Shown: positions 29,396 to 43,252, numbered from the stretch's first letter. The stretch: DNA of 64,000 nt from Octopus sinensis (GCF_006345805.1 NC_042998.1:17608001-17672000), one strand, 5' to 3'. The notes: generated by a model not told the origin, from the sequence alone. Numbers and translations: made by a program.

Positions 29396-30639
29396 ATAAT
29401 TACGGTTTCAAACATTGTTTGTAGGAGACTATCGCATAGAAATAAAAAGAAAAATGTTTAGTTAATGCACAAGGAACGGAAAATGAACACAGAATGGCAA
29501 GTTGAAAAAATATAACTAATGCACAGGCGGAGGGAAACTAGACATAAACCCCCAACTCCTCAGCCACCGGTTATCGGCCAGAGAGCCAAACGCTTGCGGG
29601 ATAATGATGAACCTCTCCGGTTCATAAATCTAAATAAAAGCTTACCCTCACTAATAGCCACATACACAGCCTATGATCATTAATGCACAACCCTTCTCTA
29701 ACTCTATAATACTTATTTCTATCTTATGTCTTACCTCATATCTATCTACCGTACCTCATCACACTATAAGATAAATACTAATTCTTTAATTTATCCTTAA
29801 TTTATTTAAAACTTTAATCCCCAAAATTCCCTAATATAAACCCCTAACTCTAACTCCTCCTCAAAAACAATTTATTGTTCAACTAGCTCTTTCTTTCTCG
29901 ACCACCTACACACACAGCCCCATTTCTAGAACTAACTCTAGACTCACTGACCTTAGCCAGGACGGACACAAGCAATTACTACAAAATTTCCTCCCCAACA
30001 ACTTTAACTTTGAAACTACAACACATCTACTACTATCTTAAAATCCTTCCATTTCGCTTTATTTTTACCTTATTTTTTTTACCCTATCTTCCTCTACCTC
30101 CTCATCCTCTCTCTTGTGTTAAATATAATAATGTTTCAATTTGTAAATGAACTATTAAGTCCAATAATTGTAAAAAGGAAGTAAGAGGTTGAATACCTCG
30201 GTTTATTTTTTGTGTAAAAAAAATAAAGTTTTAGAGAAGCAAAAAATCGGTGGGCGTTATTTGTCTTCTCCCGTTAATATCATTTTATTTCATCATTCAT
30301 CTCATCAATGTTTCTGTCCAACCCGCAAGCTACTCTGTATCATGCCTTTGTGGCAAAATTTTCTGATACACAATTCTTAGACACCATAAACATATACACA
30401 TTACTTTGTCATATAGCCAATCCTTAAAATCCCCCCTACCTCACTCTATCCACTCCTCTTTCTATTTCTTTTCTTTTCTCTATTTTTACCAATCAACAGC
30501 CACCTCTGCTACCATTCTGTTGTTTAACGTTGATATGTTCGCGTCTTTTTTTTATGGGGGTGATATGTACTATATAAGGACTTCAACCCCCATGGATATA
30601 CGCATGATTGCACCTAAAGACTTACACTCATGGATATAC

Positions 30640-30960
30640 GCAGGATTACACCTAAGGACTTTGGTTTCTATAACTTCGGAAAGTTGAACAGTGAACCTCT
30701 ATGCCTCTATTTTTCTTTTCTCTTTCCATCTCCTTATTCTTTCACTCCCTCTATGTTATTATTTTATTGTTATTATTTTATTGTTATATACCATTCTCAT
30801 TTTTCATATTTTTCCCCAATTTGTCCCTGATGAAGGAATACTCCATACTCGAGGATATCTTAGAAACAGCAGTAAGATTTTGAATTTCTTCCTGTAATAA
30901 TATTGTATATGACTTCAGATGTTTGCATTGCCTTAATGCTTGACATCCTGTTTAACAATT
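30640..30960 (+). mobile_element. Penelope-like pLTR remnant with degenerate hammerhead
   Basis: CTGATGA at 30827, GAAACAGCAGTA at 30863; homologous to 59020-59340 (GAAACAGCTGTA). Confidence 0.5.
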
Positions 30961-30961
30961 A

Positions 30962-30972
30962 TATATAGAGAT

Positions 30973-31010
<38 letters not shown>

Positions 31011-31195
31011 GGATAGATAGATAGATACATACATACATACATACATACATACATACATACATACATACATACATACATACATACATACATACATGCGTAC
31101 ATACATACATACATACATACATACATACATACACATACATACATACATACATACATATACATACATACATACATACATACATACATACATACACG
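30962..31195. repeat. (GATA)n(CATA)n microsatellite with no Tx1 insertion
   Basis: Directly visible; no GTTTCTTTATT element terminus adjacent. Confidence 0.95.
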
Positions 31196-31625
31196 CGTAT
31201 ATGGGTACATATCAAAGACACGAGTTTTCCTCAGGGTGACTCGGACTAATAGATATGCCACCAAAATTCCGATTCCAACTGCAGCAGAAGTTATGGTTTT
31301 GTGATTGTCTTATCCAAAGCGGCTATACCTACCACCTCAGTCGGTAGGTAGAGGTTGATGTAGAAATGAAAGGCAAACAATTTGGCAAATTTTGACAGAT
31401 ATTTAATGTAATTTACCTATATAATGAAAGGTAGAGATGGTCTCTGACAGCTATTTTTGGTATATCGTAGCTAGTGGAACAGAGAGAAAAGTTAGATAGT
31501 AATCCATAGCGATGGATTGCTAGCTGACTAAGTGTATGTGTGTGAGTGTATATATGTATATGTCTTGAGTACCAGTGGCGATTTTTTCCTCTGTCTTCCC
31601 TTCTCGTGATCTTTCCTTCTCCTAT

Positions 31626-31660
31626 GTTTCCGATGAAGAGCTCCGCTCGAAACGTTAAAC
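31626..31660 (+). ncRNA. Minimal type I hammerhead-ribozyme motif (U4C variant) in a Penelope-like repeat
   Basis: Stem I GUUU/AAAC, core CCGAUGA+A, stem II GAGC-UCC-GCUC, GAAA, palindromic stem III ACGU, GUU cleavage triplet. Confidence 0.65.
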
Positions 31661-31756
31661 CTTCCTTCTTCCCTTCTTTCCTGAGCGTCCAATAATACTT
31701 TATTTATTCCACGTCCTTGCGTTTTTGTGTTTTTTTGTTTTCTTGTTTGGATTAAC

Positions 31757-31826
<70 letters not shown>

Positions 31827-31865
31827 TGTGTGTGGTGTGTGTGTGTGTGTATGTATGTATGTATA

Positions 31866-31909
<44 letters not shown>

Positions 31910-34900
31910 TAACTTTCATATGTGTGTTATCATCTTATTGAAATGGAAATAACCTAAGCCTTAGATTAGAACCCTGTATATACTCGACTGCTGGACTATA
32001 TCGTAAATAATCAGCATCGTTCTCAACAATTATTCTCGGATTTTTTTCGCTTCTACGTTTGCGCATAATATAATACAAGAGCTTCTTCTACATATACTGC
32101 TATGATTCGTGGCACGTTCAGAATACAACTGTGCCTTGAGAATTATGCATACCGCCAGTGAAAAGTTCAGTTGCATTGCCTGTTTCGTGTACAGATTGTA
32201 CTAGAAGTGATACTTTTCACGACGAATTGAGATAATCCCTCCTTAATTTACACCTAACCACTTCAGACTGAGAATAACGATTTCATTAAAGTCTCATAGT
32301 GTTTGTATTCTCATCAAGGTGAACTTGCCTGGTTAATTATAAGCACTCATTAACGAAGCAACAAGAGAGGTGATGTAATGACTTTTTTTTTTTTTGATGT
32401 CGAAGTAACGCAATCTAAACCAATGCTGTATTTCTGTTTAGAAATGTATTTTACGGTGTTTGATTTGTGTTCGTACAGTCATAGAAATGTTTATTACGTT
32501 TGGTACTTATTCTATCTGATATGAACATTTTTACTTGGACTTGAAGAATATTTGTGTACTTCAGAAAATTTTCCTAACTCTTATATTTATTTGTGTCTTC
32601 AGTTGATGTACATGATTATGTATTTACTTTCATCATTTTATTGAAATGTACTACCAAATCGCCAAAGTAATTTAAAAGTGATAGTTACTCAGTTTAAGAT
32701 CGCTACCCCTACTTCGGAAAAACATAGGGTCACACGTCTTTTGCTCTGAACAAACAAATAGAATGAGTTGTAAATTGATAATCTAAACGAACGTCGACTT
32801 TGCAGGAGCAACCTTGAGATGTTTGCCTTGTCTTAATTGCATCTTAGGTATACTTGACCGCAGTACATCTTAATAACTTAACATTGGCGGTGAAACAGGT
32901 CTAAATTCGAATTTTTGCTGTACTTCAATGCTCTTTCAAGTGCACAGACTGGATTTTATAGTTTTGAGAAGTTATCGTTGTATGTTACTAATTTGCAATC
33001 ATGGTTTTGGTGTAACAAACTTCCTTAAGATATTTTGTTTTAGTATTCTTTTTTTTATATTTACTGCTTGTTATATGCTATACTTTTTGTTAATAATCAG
33101 AGAATAAATGTGATATGTATGGCAAATCTAGTTCTGATAGTTCTATTCAAGACGTTTAGCGTTTAGAAAATGTTTTACAATACGAAACAACGAAATTCAG
33201 TAGTGTTTTTGATACACTCTAGAAGCCGATTTAAAACATAATCTCATTCCATTTTCCTTTCATTTCTGTCTTTGTCCGAGTAACTCAATATCTGCTAACA
33301 AAAACCATCTACACCAGCAGCTTACGAAAAATATCTGCAATACATACTGAAAGGAAGTCAATTTTGAAAGGAACGATTATTTTGAAATACTCAGACCCAA
33401 ACAGATGATTAGAGATTGACACGTAATTCAATAATAGAAACAGACGTTAGTTTAATTCACATACGTATTAAACTACAAACCAATAAATATAAGTAGCATA
33501 TTATTATACTTATTTTTTATCATATTACATTCCCAGCTGTCCTATATAATAGTTTATTAGGCTTATATAAGCATTAGTTATTTGCCAACCGACTTCCCTC
33601 TTTGCGTGTATTTCCTTAGGAAATTAACTTGCCACTTTTCTTTATTGCTTACTGATGTTATTGAATAGTAAAGCATCTGAATTCTTTTGTTTGTTGCTTT
33701 CGCTCAACTCCCAAATGAAAACTGTTCCGAAGAACAGAGATATAGTTAGCTTGGTATTGCAAGCGTGTTTACGTTCTATGAAGGCGTGACATTTCGAGAA
33801 AATTTGTACATAATGTGAAGTTGGCTGGCTGCACCTAAGGGAGATATTATTTAAACTCGAAACGAAATCGAGACTATGACCTACAGTGTGATAAATGATT
33901 GTCGATCATTATCGACCTCATTATCACCACGATCAATGTGAACATCCACATATTTCCCACTCCATCCCTCTGCGCTCTTTATATATTTTTCCACAACCTC
34001 ATCAGTAACAATTCACATTGCCATAATTGCCAGTGACTTTACCATCATTATAATTTTCAGCAGCAGCCAGTAGTAGCTGCAACAGCATCATCAACATCGT
34101 CATGATCTTCGTGGCAGTCATTATCAGAAGCCGCATTATAGTTAACACTTGATCATTGCTGACTATCACAATGATACTTCATTGATCAAGCATCATCGTA
34201 AATATCTAAATGAAATACATGATACTGCTCACACTGGGAACTATATTAAAGTAATTCAACGCCAATATATCGGGTGTCTTATACATATTAATTGCTGCAG
34301 TTGATAATCCATAACCCATGCAGATCAATCAATTACAAGTTGGTGGGATTTTCTTGTATGTGATGAACGTTAGCATAATAAAAGTATTAGGAGCAAAGGT
34401 GGTAATGGAATTTTCTTTAAGTTCTTTTAATTATTTTCCTTTTCTGAGGTTATATCATTCGTTGACAATTGAAAAAAAATTAGCGAGAACTTTACAACTT
34501 AAAATTTACTTCTGCCTTCGTTTCTATTTTCGTGATAAATTACTGCTGCCAAAGTGAGGGACACTAATGTAATTTATAATCTCTCAGAAATTCCATGCTG
34601 ATTATCTGCATCAGGCAATAACGCACCAAGGTATTTTGTGCTGGGAACATGTTTTAACGTTTTAACACTCCATCATTTTCACAGATTTCAAAAAGTCAAA
34701 TTAAACGCTCCGCAATGGAACGGAAGCGAAGTAGATGCCTCTAGTCTTTAATGCCTAACAGGCAAAACGAACATGAATGTATCCACATATGCATATATGT
34801 GTGCGTGTGTATGTGTGCGCGTGTGTATGTGTATGTTCGTGTGTTTGTGCGTGTGTGTGTTACTGAGAGATTGTGTGTTAGAGAGTGCGTGTTTTGTGTG

Positions 34901-36738
34901 TGTGTCTGTGTGTCCGCATGTATGAGTGTGCGCCATGTGAATACAAACAACTAGCATTGCTAAGAATATTGTTTTCGCAGAAAGGAGACGCAGGAAGCTC
35001 TGTGTTGAATAATATGAAGCTAGCTATCTATTTGATAGCTAGGTACAAATATCTTTCCGTCTCCCAGAATGCGTTTTCACACGCATTTACGCATATATAG
35101 CCGAAGGTAGCAGCGACAGAACAATAAATAATTGAATTTGTAGATATATAAAAATCAGCGTAGAAATCATTATGAATGCAAGAGAAAACAACAAAAAAAA
35201 AAAGAAAAGATACGAGAATTTTAGGTCTACATGATCGACAGTGTTTCAAAAACTGATTCTGGTAGAGGCATATTTGATATAGATAGCATTCTTATTTTTA
35301 CATGTAACAACCCATCCCCAATTTGACTCCAGTTTCACTGATTGGTAAATACTGAAAAGCATTTGAGATGTCGGTGTGTACCTACTTCCATGCCGACTTG
35401 TGTCGAGCAAGATTCTCCTATGAAATTGGGTCGACATTAAAGCCTTTCACGCTTGATTTCAGTGTATCTCTAAATCCTTATAATGGTGGGATTTTCTTGT
35501 ATGTGATGAACATTATCGTATCTTTAAATGCGATGAACCAACACTGCACGCCTCTTTGGAAAGAGAAATCATACACCTGATTGCATTACTATGCTTTTTA
35601 ATAAATAATTGGAGTTTAAATGAGTATTGTGAACCACAAGTCTACGGCTTATATAATTAAGAAGAGATTAGATTAAGCAAGGAGAGAAATTAACATGCTA
35701 AAGTCAATACCCGTTAGTTTGGCTTGTTTTAATTTTTTACCTTTATCCTCCCCCACCACCAAAAAAAAAAAAACATATACTAAACGTATTCCTTTCAAGT
35801 TCTCAAGACATCGAAAGTCATGTGCCTTGGTTTATAGTCAAGACATAAAAAATTATACTAGATATTTTCCCTGAATCCTCCCTCTTTTCCAGTATGATTT
35901 ATATTCTCATCTGCTCCAGTTATATTTAAAAGTGCATCACTTCAAACAAAGTGAGTGTAATGTTATTCAATTGTATTCATATGACATCCATATATTATTA
36001 TTTAAGGAGTAGTTAGCAGCATAGATTTCACTCTTCGTGAGATAATGCATCCTGTGTCCTACCGAAATTAAAACACTGACTAACATAATGTAATACATTT
36101 TAATTTCATGTAACGTCTCATAATTTTTGTGCATGTATGTGTATGAATAAATATGCATACATATACATATAAATCTATGTAGAGTTGTAGATATAATATG
36201 CGTGCATACGACACATACATACAGACTGATACACACGGGACCACACACACGAACAGATAGATGGTTAGATTGTTAGATAGATAGACAGATAGATAGACAG
36301 ATAGACAGACATACATACAGACATACATACAGATAGATATGTTTCTTTATTAGCCACACAGGGCTGCACACAGATAGAACAAATTACAAGGTAGAGCTTT
36401 TCTTTTGAAGGTATAAAAAAAAAAAAAAAAAAAATAGGAAGGGGGAGGTTCGATCAAAAGGGATCGTAAAAGGAGAGAAAGAGGACAAAAATAAGGGGGG
36501 TTAAAAAAAAAAAAAAAAAAAAAGGGGGGGGGGAGAGGAAAAAAAATGATCAATAGGGATCGTTATCACAGAAATGTCAATATGAAGTGTAAAGGGGAGG
36601 ACAGGTGAGGTTTACCCGTGGAAAGAAAAACCTGCGGAAAAGACCACGGTAACCTCGGTCAATGAAGTCACATTTTATATTTCTTTTTTTTTTTTTTTTT
36701 TTTGCAAATAAGCAACTCTCTGTTTTCGATTTCTGGGT

Positions 36739-39700
36739 TCATAGGACTATGCTCAAGGTGGCTTCGTCATTCATACGTGCCATTCTTGCTACATTCACCC
36801 ATCTTTTTTTAAAACATTCGCTAGACAAAACTTGCCTCTCTACTCTCACTTTCCTTTTCAAGTGGTACTTGAAGAAGTTGATGAGAGATTGACCAGAGAG
36901 GAAAGTGTTTGTCTCCAATCCTTTCAGACGCGTCCACCAGATACATTCTTTCGCCATAGCCACAAGGATGATGAAAATAGCTCTTCCTTCCCGTTTGAAG
37001 GAAGGAGGGGTGACAATATTGACGATAGACTCAGCTGATAAACCGACTCGTCCCACACGTGACAGCAGTTGTTCGACATAAGCCCACAGGTCGGAAATTG
37101 TTGGACACTGAACGAGTGCGTGCAGAACGGTTTCGTCGCTCTGACCGCATCTCGGGCAGGTCGGCCCCGTGTTTCTCGAGCCGTGTCTGTAGAGCTTATC
37201 CCGAACGGGTAGCGCTTCTCGGTAGCACTGCCAGGCCAGGGATCTCTGGAAGTTGTCCATGGGCCCTGGCCCGAAAGTCGTCCGAACAGGCGGGTCAGGT
37301 ACTCCTCGTCGACGTCCAGGTTCGCCCCGAGCTCGTCGTCGTACCTCCCCTCCACTAAGCCCCTATAGAATGCTTTGGTTGTGTTGAAGTCACTTAAGGT
37401 CGACCCAGGACGGCAGAGTTGCTTGAGAGCAACGCGACACTCGCGGTGCCATTCGCCCTTCCTCGGCCTCTTTTTGATCCACGACTGCAGTTCGGTCATG
37501 GAGACGAGCTGCGGGAAAGCGTGCCTCACAAACGGCGACCACACCTGTTCACCGTCGTCTACATAGAGCCAGAGATGTCGCAGTCTCAGCGCGTGTCTGC
37601 GCATCATCAACCACGGCATGCCCAGCCCTCCTTTTAACGGGTGTTGACAGCAAATGGATCGCCTGACCATCGGGACGCATCCTTTCCACAAGAAGCGAAA
37701 GAGGATGCGTTGTAGTTTGGTGATGGTAGGGTCGGGACAAGGTACGACGGTCAGGCGGTAGTAGATGACGGACGCGATGTACGTGTTCGCCACCTCCGCT
37801 CGACCTTTTAGGGACAGTTTCCTCTCGGCCCATTGCCGGGCGAGAGTGACCACCCTACTCGTTATCTCGTTCCAGTTCTTCTCCACTTGGAGGTCCGGAC
37901 CAAACCAGACCCCGAGCAACTCAACCGGGCCGTCGGTCCAGCGTCCCACGACGGAGGCGCTGGTGGACGGCATGGGCTTGCTTCTCCAGGTGCCTAGTCG
38001 CAAGCCCACTGACTTTTCCCGGTTGATTTTCGCTCCTGTCACCGCTTCGTTAGTTTTTCAGTGTCTCGCCGACCAGCTCGATGTGCTCGTGGCTAGACAC
38101 TATGACGGTGACGTCGTCCGCGTATGCAGACACGCTCGTCCCGCATCCCAATTCTCGCGGGATGCCCCTTAGAGTCGCCAGCTTCCGCAGTAGTGGCTCA
38201 AGAGTCAATACGTATAGAAGCGCCGAGAGGGGGCACCCTACCCTGACGGACCGAACGTGCAATGTCGAAAGGTCTCGATAGATGTCCATTTACGCGAATT
38301 ACCGAACGGATGCCTCTGTACAAGGCAGCTATCCAGCCGCGGAAGACGGGACCGAAACCAGCCGCTCTCAGGACTGCCTCCAAGTATCGATGGTCTACAC
38401 CCTATCAAAGGCTTTTGATTGATCCAAGTTGATCAGGGCCCCACCCATGCCAGGTTCGTTAACTACCCTGTCTATGATGTAGCGCATCAGATGGAGGTTG
38501 TCATGGATGGTCCGCCTGGCACGGCGCATGTTTGCGCCTTGTCGACCAGTTTCTCGATGACAAGCGCCAACCTCTTGGCTAGCACCTTGGCCAAAATTTT
38601 CAAGTCTGCATTAAGCAGAGTGATGGGCCTAAAGTTATCTATTACATTTCCCTTGTTTAGATCTTTCTTCAGCAGTGTTACGGCTCCTCGGCTCACAAAA
38701 CCAGGAATGCTCCCGTTTTGCTGCCAGTTGCAGTACACCGCCGCCAAGAGATCTCCAAACAAGTCTGGCATACAATTGTAAAGCTCGTAGGGTAGACCAT
38801 CCAAACCCGGTGATTTGTCCCTCGAGCATTCTGCCATCGCTTCCCGCACTTCCGCCGCCGTGATGGCACCTTCGCAGCACCCTGCCTTTCTTGTCGAGAG
38901 TCGTGGTAGGCTATGTAGGTAGGCACTGAAGTCCACCCTACGTTCTTGCCCTCCACTCGTTCCGAACAGTCGGGCAAAATGCTGCTGAAAGGCCTCACAC
39001 ATTTTACTTGGCTCGAGCAATTCGCGCCCCTGTTCATCTACCAGTGACCGAATGGTGGCTTTGTTGCCCTGTTGCGCCTCTGCCACCCGGCCTCTCTCGC
39101 GGCTCCAACACCTTCGTTCCTTAGAGCACGCATCCTAGCTCTGACAGCACATCCTTCGTGTTTGGCGTTGAAGTGTTGGTCGAGGGCCAACCTCGCCGCC
39201 AAAACGTCGGATGCGATGCCGCTTCTAATTGCCTCTTCTAGCTCTTCTAGCTTCTTAACTAGCTCACCCTCTACTCTATTTCTATCTATGGCTAGTGCTT
39301 TGCTGTACCTAATCGCTTCTGCTTTTACTGCTCTCTTGAGGGCAAACACCACCATTTGTTGTTGATGATGGCTCCCGTCAAAGCCCTCTTTACTAGTGTG
39401 CTAATCCGGTCTCTGAAAACTTGTCTCGATGGGAAAGACGCGTTTAGTTTCCAGTATCCGGGACCCTGCCTAAGTGTCTTACCTAAGTCTAGCGTACATG
39501 TCACAAGTTTGTGATCCGTGTAGCTGACTATGTGGAATTGTGGACATCCTATGCTATCTCTATCTACTGTCCTACACAGTATCCTATCTAGATACGATCT
39601 CGACGACCCGATGCGGTTGCTCCATGTCCACGTTGGCGCATTCGGGTGGTCTAGTCGAAACCTGTCAGACAGTTGAAAGCGTCTGAGCAGGTCTCTGAGG

Positions 39701-40191
39701 CATTTGCATCCCCGTCTATTCCTATCTCTACCCACGTAGTCTACATGCGTGTCCAAGGTAGCATTCCAATCCCCCACTAAGAGTAAAGGACGAGACGTTC
39801 CCAAGAAAACTTCTAGACGTTGAAAGAAATCCGCCCGACCTGTTAAGGGCGGTGCGTAAACTGATACGAGCCGAAAAGCGCACCCATTGCTGCCGTCGAC
39901 ATCCAGGACGACCAGTCTACCCTCCGGGTCTACGAATATTGTCCTTACATTGAGATCCAGACTCTTGTGAAAAAGTACCGCGGTGCCACTACCGCCCATT
40001 CTCGGCAGACAGGGGGAAAAATAAATGTTGAACTGTCCGCCAAACATGGTCTTTAGGGCCCGCGGATTGTGGAGTCTGGTCTCGCTTATGGCTATGATTT
40101 CTAACTTATGTGACTTTATGTCATTTAAGAGGTACCCTTGTTTCCAAGGGGACCCCAAGCCACGCGCATTTACACAACCAATCTTGATCAT
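36739..40191 (-). pseudogene. E1 ORF2 (APE-RT), broken by several small indels
   Basis: About 19 aa differences from E3 ORF2 over the first ~280 aa (hand count). Indels relative to E3 visible near 39345, 39085, 38515, 38395, 38240 and 38050. Confidence 0.93.
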
Positions 40192-40222
40192 AGTTCTAAT
40201 GAATTAGAATACAGAGGGTTAC

Positions 40223-42227
40223 TTACTGCTCGAAAGTTTTTGCTTTCTCCTCCGTTGGTTTGTCCTCGAGAAGATCCCAGTACAGTTTCTTTGTGAGATA
40301 TTTTTGGCATTTACCAACCGCACTGGGGAAAATGCCTTTGAGTGTGTGGTGCAGACTTTTGGAGATGTGTATTATTTTGATGTGGTCTGGTGGTGTTGTG
40401 TATGGGTGGTTGTTTGTTTTTATGTCATCTTCTGTTATGTTTGTTTTTGATTGGATGTATTCCATCAAATTTGTGTTTTTGGTGTCTATGGCTGTGAGCA
40501 TGTTTGCTGTATATGTTTTTGTGGTGTTGGTGTGGCTGTTGTTTGCGTTGGGTTTTGAAATGTCTTCGGGAGATGTATTTCCCCTGCTTTGTTCGTGTTT
40601 GCATTTGGTTTGGTTGTGTTTCTGCTCTTTATTTTCCTTCTTTTTGTAGCTATTTGCCATTCCTCACTGGTTTCGTCTTCCGACGAAATTTCTGAGGAAT
40701 CAGAAGGGGGTAGGGGTATGTTGTGGGCTTCTATGTATGTCTGTGTAAGTGGTTGTGTTGTTGTTTTCGTTGTTGTTGGTTGTTGAGTGTTTGTGTGTGT
40801 TGAGTGCGGTATAAGGGATGGGGGATCAGTTTGTGTGTGTTTTCTTTGTTTTCTGTTCCTTTGGTTTTTGCTGTTGATGGTAGTGTTGGTATTTTTCCAG
40901 GTGTCGAGTGGTTTTTGGTTGATCGGATGACGATTAGCTTGTGTGCTTCTCTTGTCGTCTTCTGTGTTGATGGTGGTGTGGGTAGTAGAGCTTTTTTTCC
41001 GGAGTGCTTTGGTTGTGGTAGTGGTTGTTGTTGTTGCTCTTGGTGTGCAGTGGTTGGGCACGTCTTTTTCAAGTGTGTTTCGCTTCCACACAAATAGCAG
41101 CGTGGTCGCCTGCCCTCTACCACTATATAGAGTTTGTAGCCTCCTGGCAGTTCTATAGCGGTGGGTATCTTCTCTCTTGCTGCTTCATCCAATTGAAGCA
41201 GGAATTCGATTGATTTGCCCACATAGTCTTTCTCTCCTAGAACCGCGATTTCCAGGATGTTTGTCTCTGACATTGTCTCTGACATTTCAAAGCAGATGGC
41301 AGAGACCACCCATTGTGTTTCGACATCAAATGGTATGTTTTTTATTTGGACTTTCGTGACCCTTTTGTTTAAATAGACTGGTATCATTACCAAGTCGTCC
41401 GAATGTAGCTCCAATGTGGAAAAACGTTTTGCTAAACTTTCGTTGGAGGAAACGTACTTGGACTGTACCAAATTTGTTTCCCCAACTGATATATTCCTTG
41501 GAGTCCCATACAGGACGAAGGCATTTATCGATTTTTTCCTGCGGTGCATTTTCTGTTCTTCTTGTTTTTTTGTTTATTACTTTATAAATTATTGTTTTTT
41601 TTTGCGTGTTTTCCACGATGTGTTGTGGAATATGAAGGTGCAATTTGTCTCCTTCTTTGGAGAAGAGTGCTTTGTGCGGTTTATCTCTTGTGTGGTGAAT
41701 GTTACAATTGTTCTTTTTGTTTTTGTTACGTCCGCAAAATTCGTTCTGAATTTGGCAGTAGAATGTTAATTGTGGCAGTGTTAATTGAAGTCATGGTAGT
41801 GGTGTTGGTGTTGGCGGTATTAGCAGCAGAAGGCTTGGATGTAGCATTTGACGTCGTAGTAGTGGTGTTGGTGTTGGCGGTGTTGTCTTTGGTAGGCGCT
41901 TTGTGCCATTTTCGTTGTTGTTGTTGTTGGTGGTGATGGTGGTGGTGCTGGCATTCATGTTTTCGTTTGTATTCATTTTTGAAATCCCTTTCTCTGTCCC
42001 TTTATCATCAACAAGTGGTGTGGGGAGTGAGGGGAAATCTAAGTTAATGTCTTTGGTCGCGGCGATGGTGAATGCGACGTTAGATTTGTTGTTGTTGTTT
42101 TGGTGGTGGTGATGGTGGTGACAGCGGTGTTCACGCTGCGATGTTTAGCAGCTAGTGGTAGCAATAGTGTTTTGCTACCGTTCTGCATGACTGGCGGGCT
42201 AGCCACGTGGTTTCTAGTTGCCATTTT
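40223..42227 (-). pseudogene. E1 ORF1 (gag-like, CCHC zinc knuckle), frameshifted
   Basis: Thr-rich N-terminus; CYLCGSETHLKKTC (CX2CX4HX4C) in ORF 40731-41549; homologous C-terminal pieces in 40486-41091 and 40223-40660. Confidence 0.85.
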
Positions 42228-42381
42228 CAAAATGAAAAATGGCTAAAAACCCACGAAAGTTTTGAAAGTTTTTTTTGTAATTTCGCCCATACAGGGGCGG
42301 AATTCTACGTGAATAATTCTCAGGTTTTTTAGTGAATGAATTTGCACAACGATTAAAACAAAATATTTGACAACAAGGAGT

Positions 42382-42480
<99 letters not shown>

Positions 42481-43192
42481 GTTTCTTTATTGGCCACACA
42501 GGGCTGCACACAGGTGGGACAAGTTACAAGGTAGAGCTTTTCTTTTGGGGGATGAAGAGAACAAAAAACAAAAGAAAAAAAGGGGGTGGCGTAGGTTTTC
42601 GATCAAGAGGGATCGTAAAAGGGAAGAAAAGAACAAAAACAAAAAAAAATTGAATAAAATAAAAAGAATAAAAAGAAAAAAAAAAGAAAAGGAAAAGGAA
42701 CAAAAGGAAAGAGAAATGAAAAAAGAAGAAAAAAGGGGAAAAAAAGGGGAAGAGGAAAAAAAAGAACGATCACTAGGGATCGTGTATCACAGTGTTATGA
42801 TATATGGTGTAAAGGGGAAAGCAAGTAAGGTTTATCCGTGGGAAGAAAAGCCTACGAAAAAGACCACGGTAACCTTGGTCAATATTGTTATATGTTACCA
42901 CATTTGTTTGCAAGTGGGTAACCCTCTGTTTTCAATTTCTGGGTTCATAGGATTATGCTCAAGGTGGCTTCGTCATTCATACGTGCCATCCTGCTACATT
43001 CACCCATCTTTTTTTAAAACATTCGCTAGACAAAACTTGCCTCTCTACTCTCACTTTCCTTTTCAAGTGGTACTTGAAGAAGTTGATGAGAGATTGACCA
43101 GAGAGGAAAGTGTTTGTCTCCAATCCTTTCAGACGCGTCCACCAGATACATTCTTTCGCCATAGCCACAAGGATGATGAAAATAGCTCTTCT

Positions 43193-43193
<1 letters not shown>
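42481..43193 (-). mobile_element. 5'-truncated Tx1 copy E2 (713 bp: ORF2 C-terminus plus 3'UTR)
   Basis: Ends GGCCAATAAAGAAAC then (TATC)n; homology to ORF2 stops at ATAGCTCTTC followed by (TAGA)n. Confidence 0.95.

Positions 43194-43252
<59 letters not shown>

Larger units (their letters stand above)
36341..42382 (-). mobile_element. Tx1/L1-clade non-LTR retrotransposon copy E1, near full length, both ORFs frameshifted
   Basis: Sense 3' end AATAAAGAAAC abuts a TATC/TCTG/TATG array at 36341; 5' end abuts (TCTA)n at ~42382. ORF2 pieces 39325-40191 (APE), 38487-39086, 38050-38289 (YADD), 36924-38042 and 36739-37260 (CPRC..H...C) are colinear with the intact E3 ORF2. Confidence 0.95.

Noticed and set aside
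42545-43195. 216-aa Lys/Glu-rich ORF
   Set aside because: Antisense reading of the U/C-rich 3'UTR of truncated copy E2; its twin in E5 is broken.
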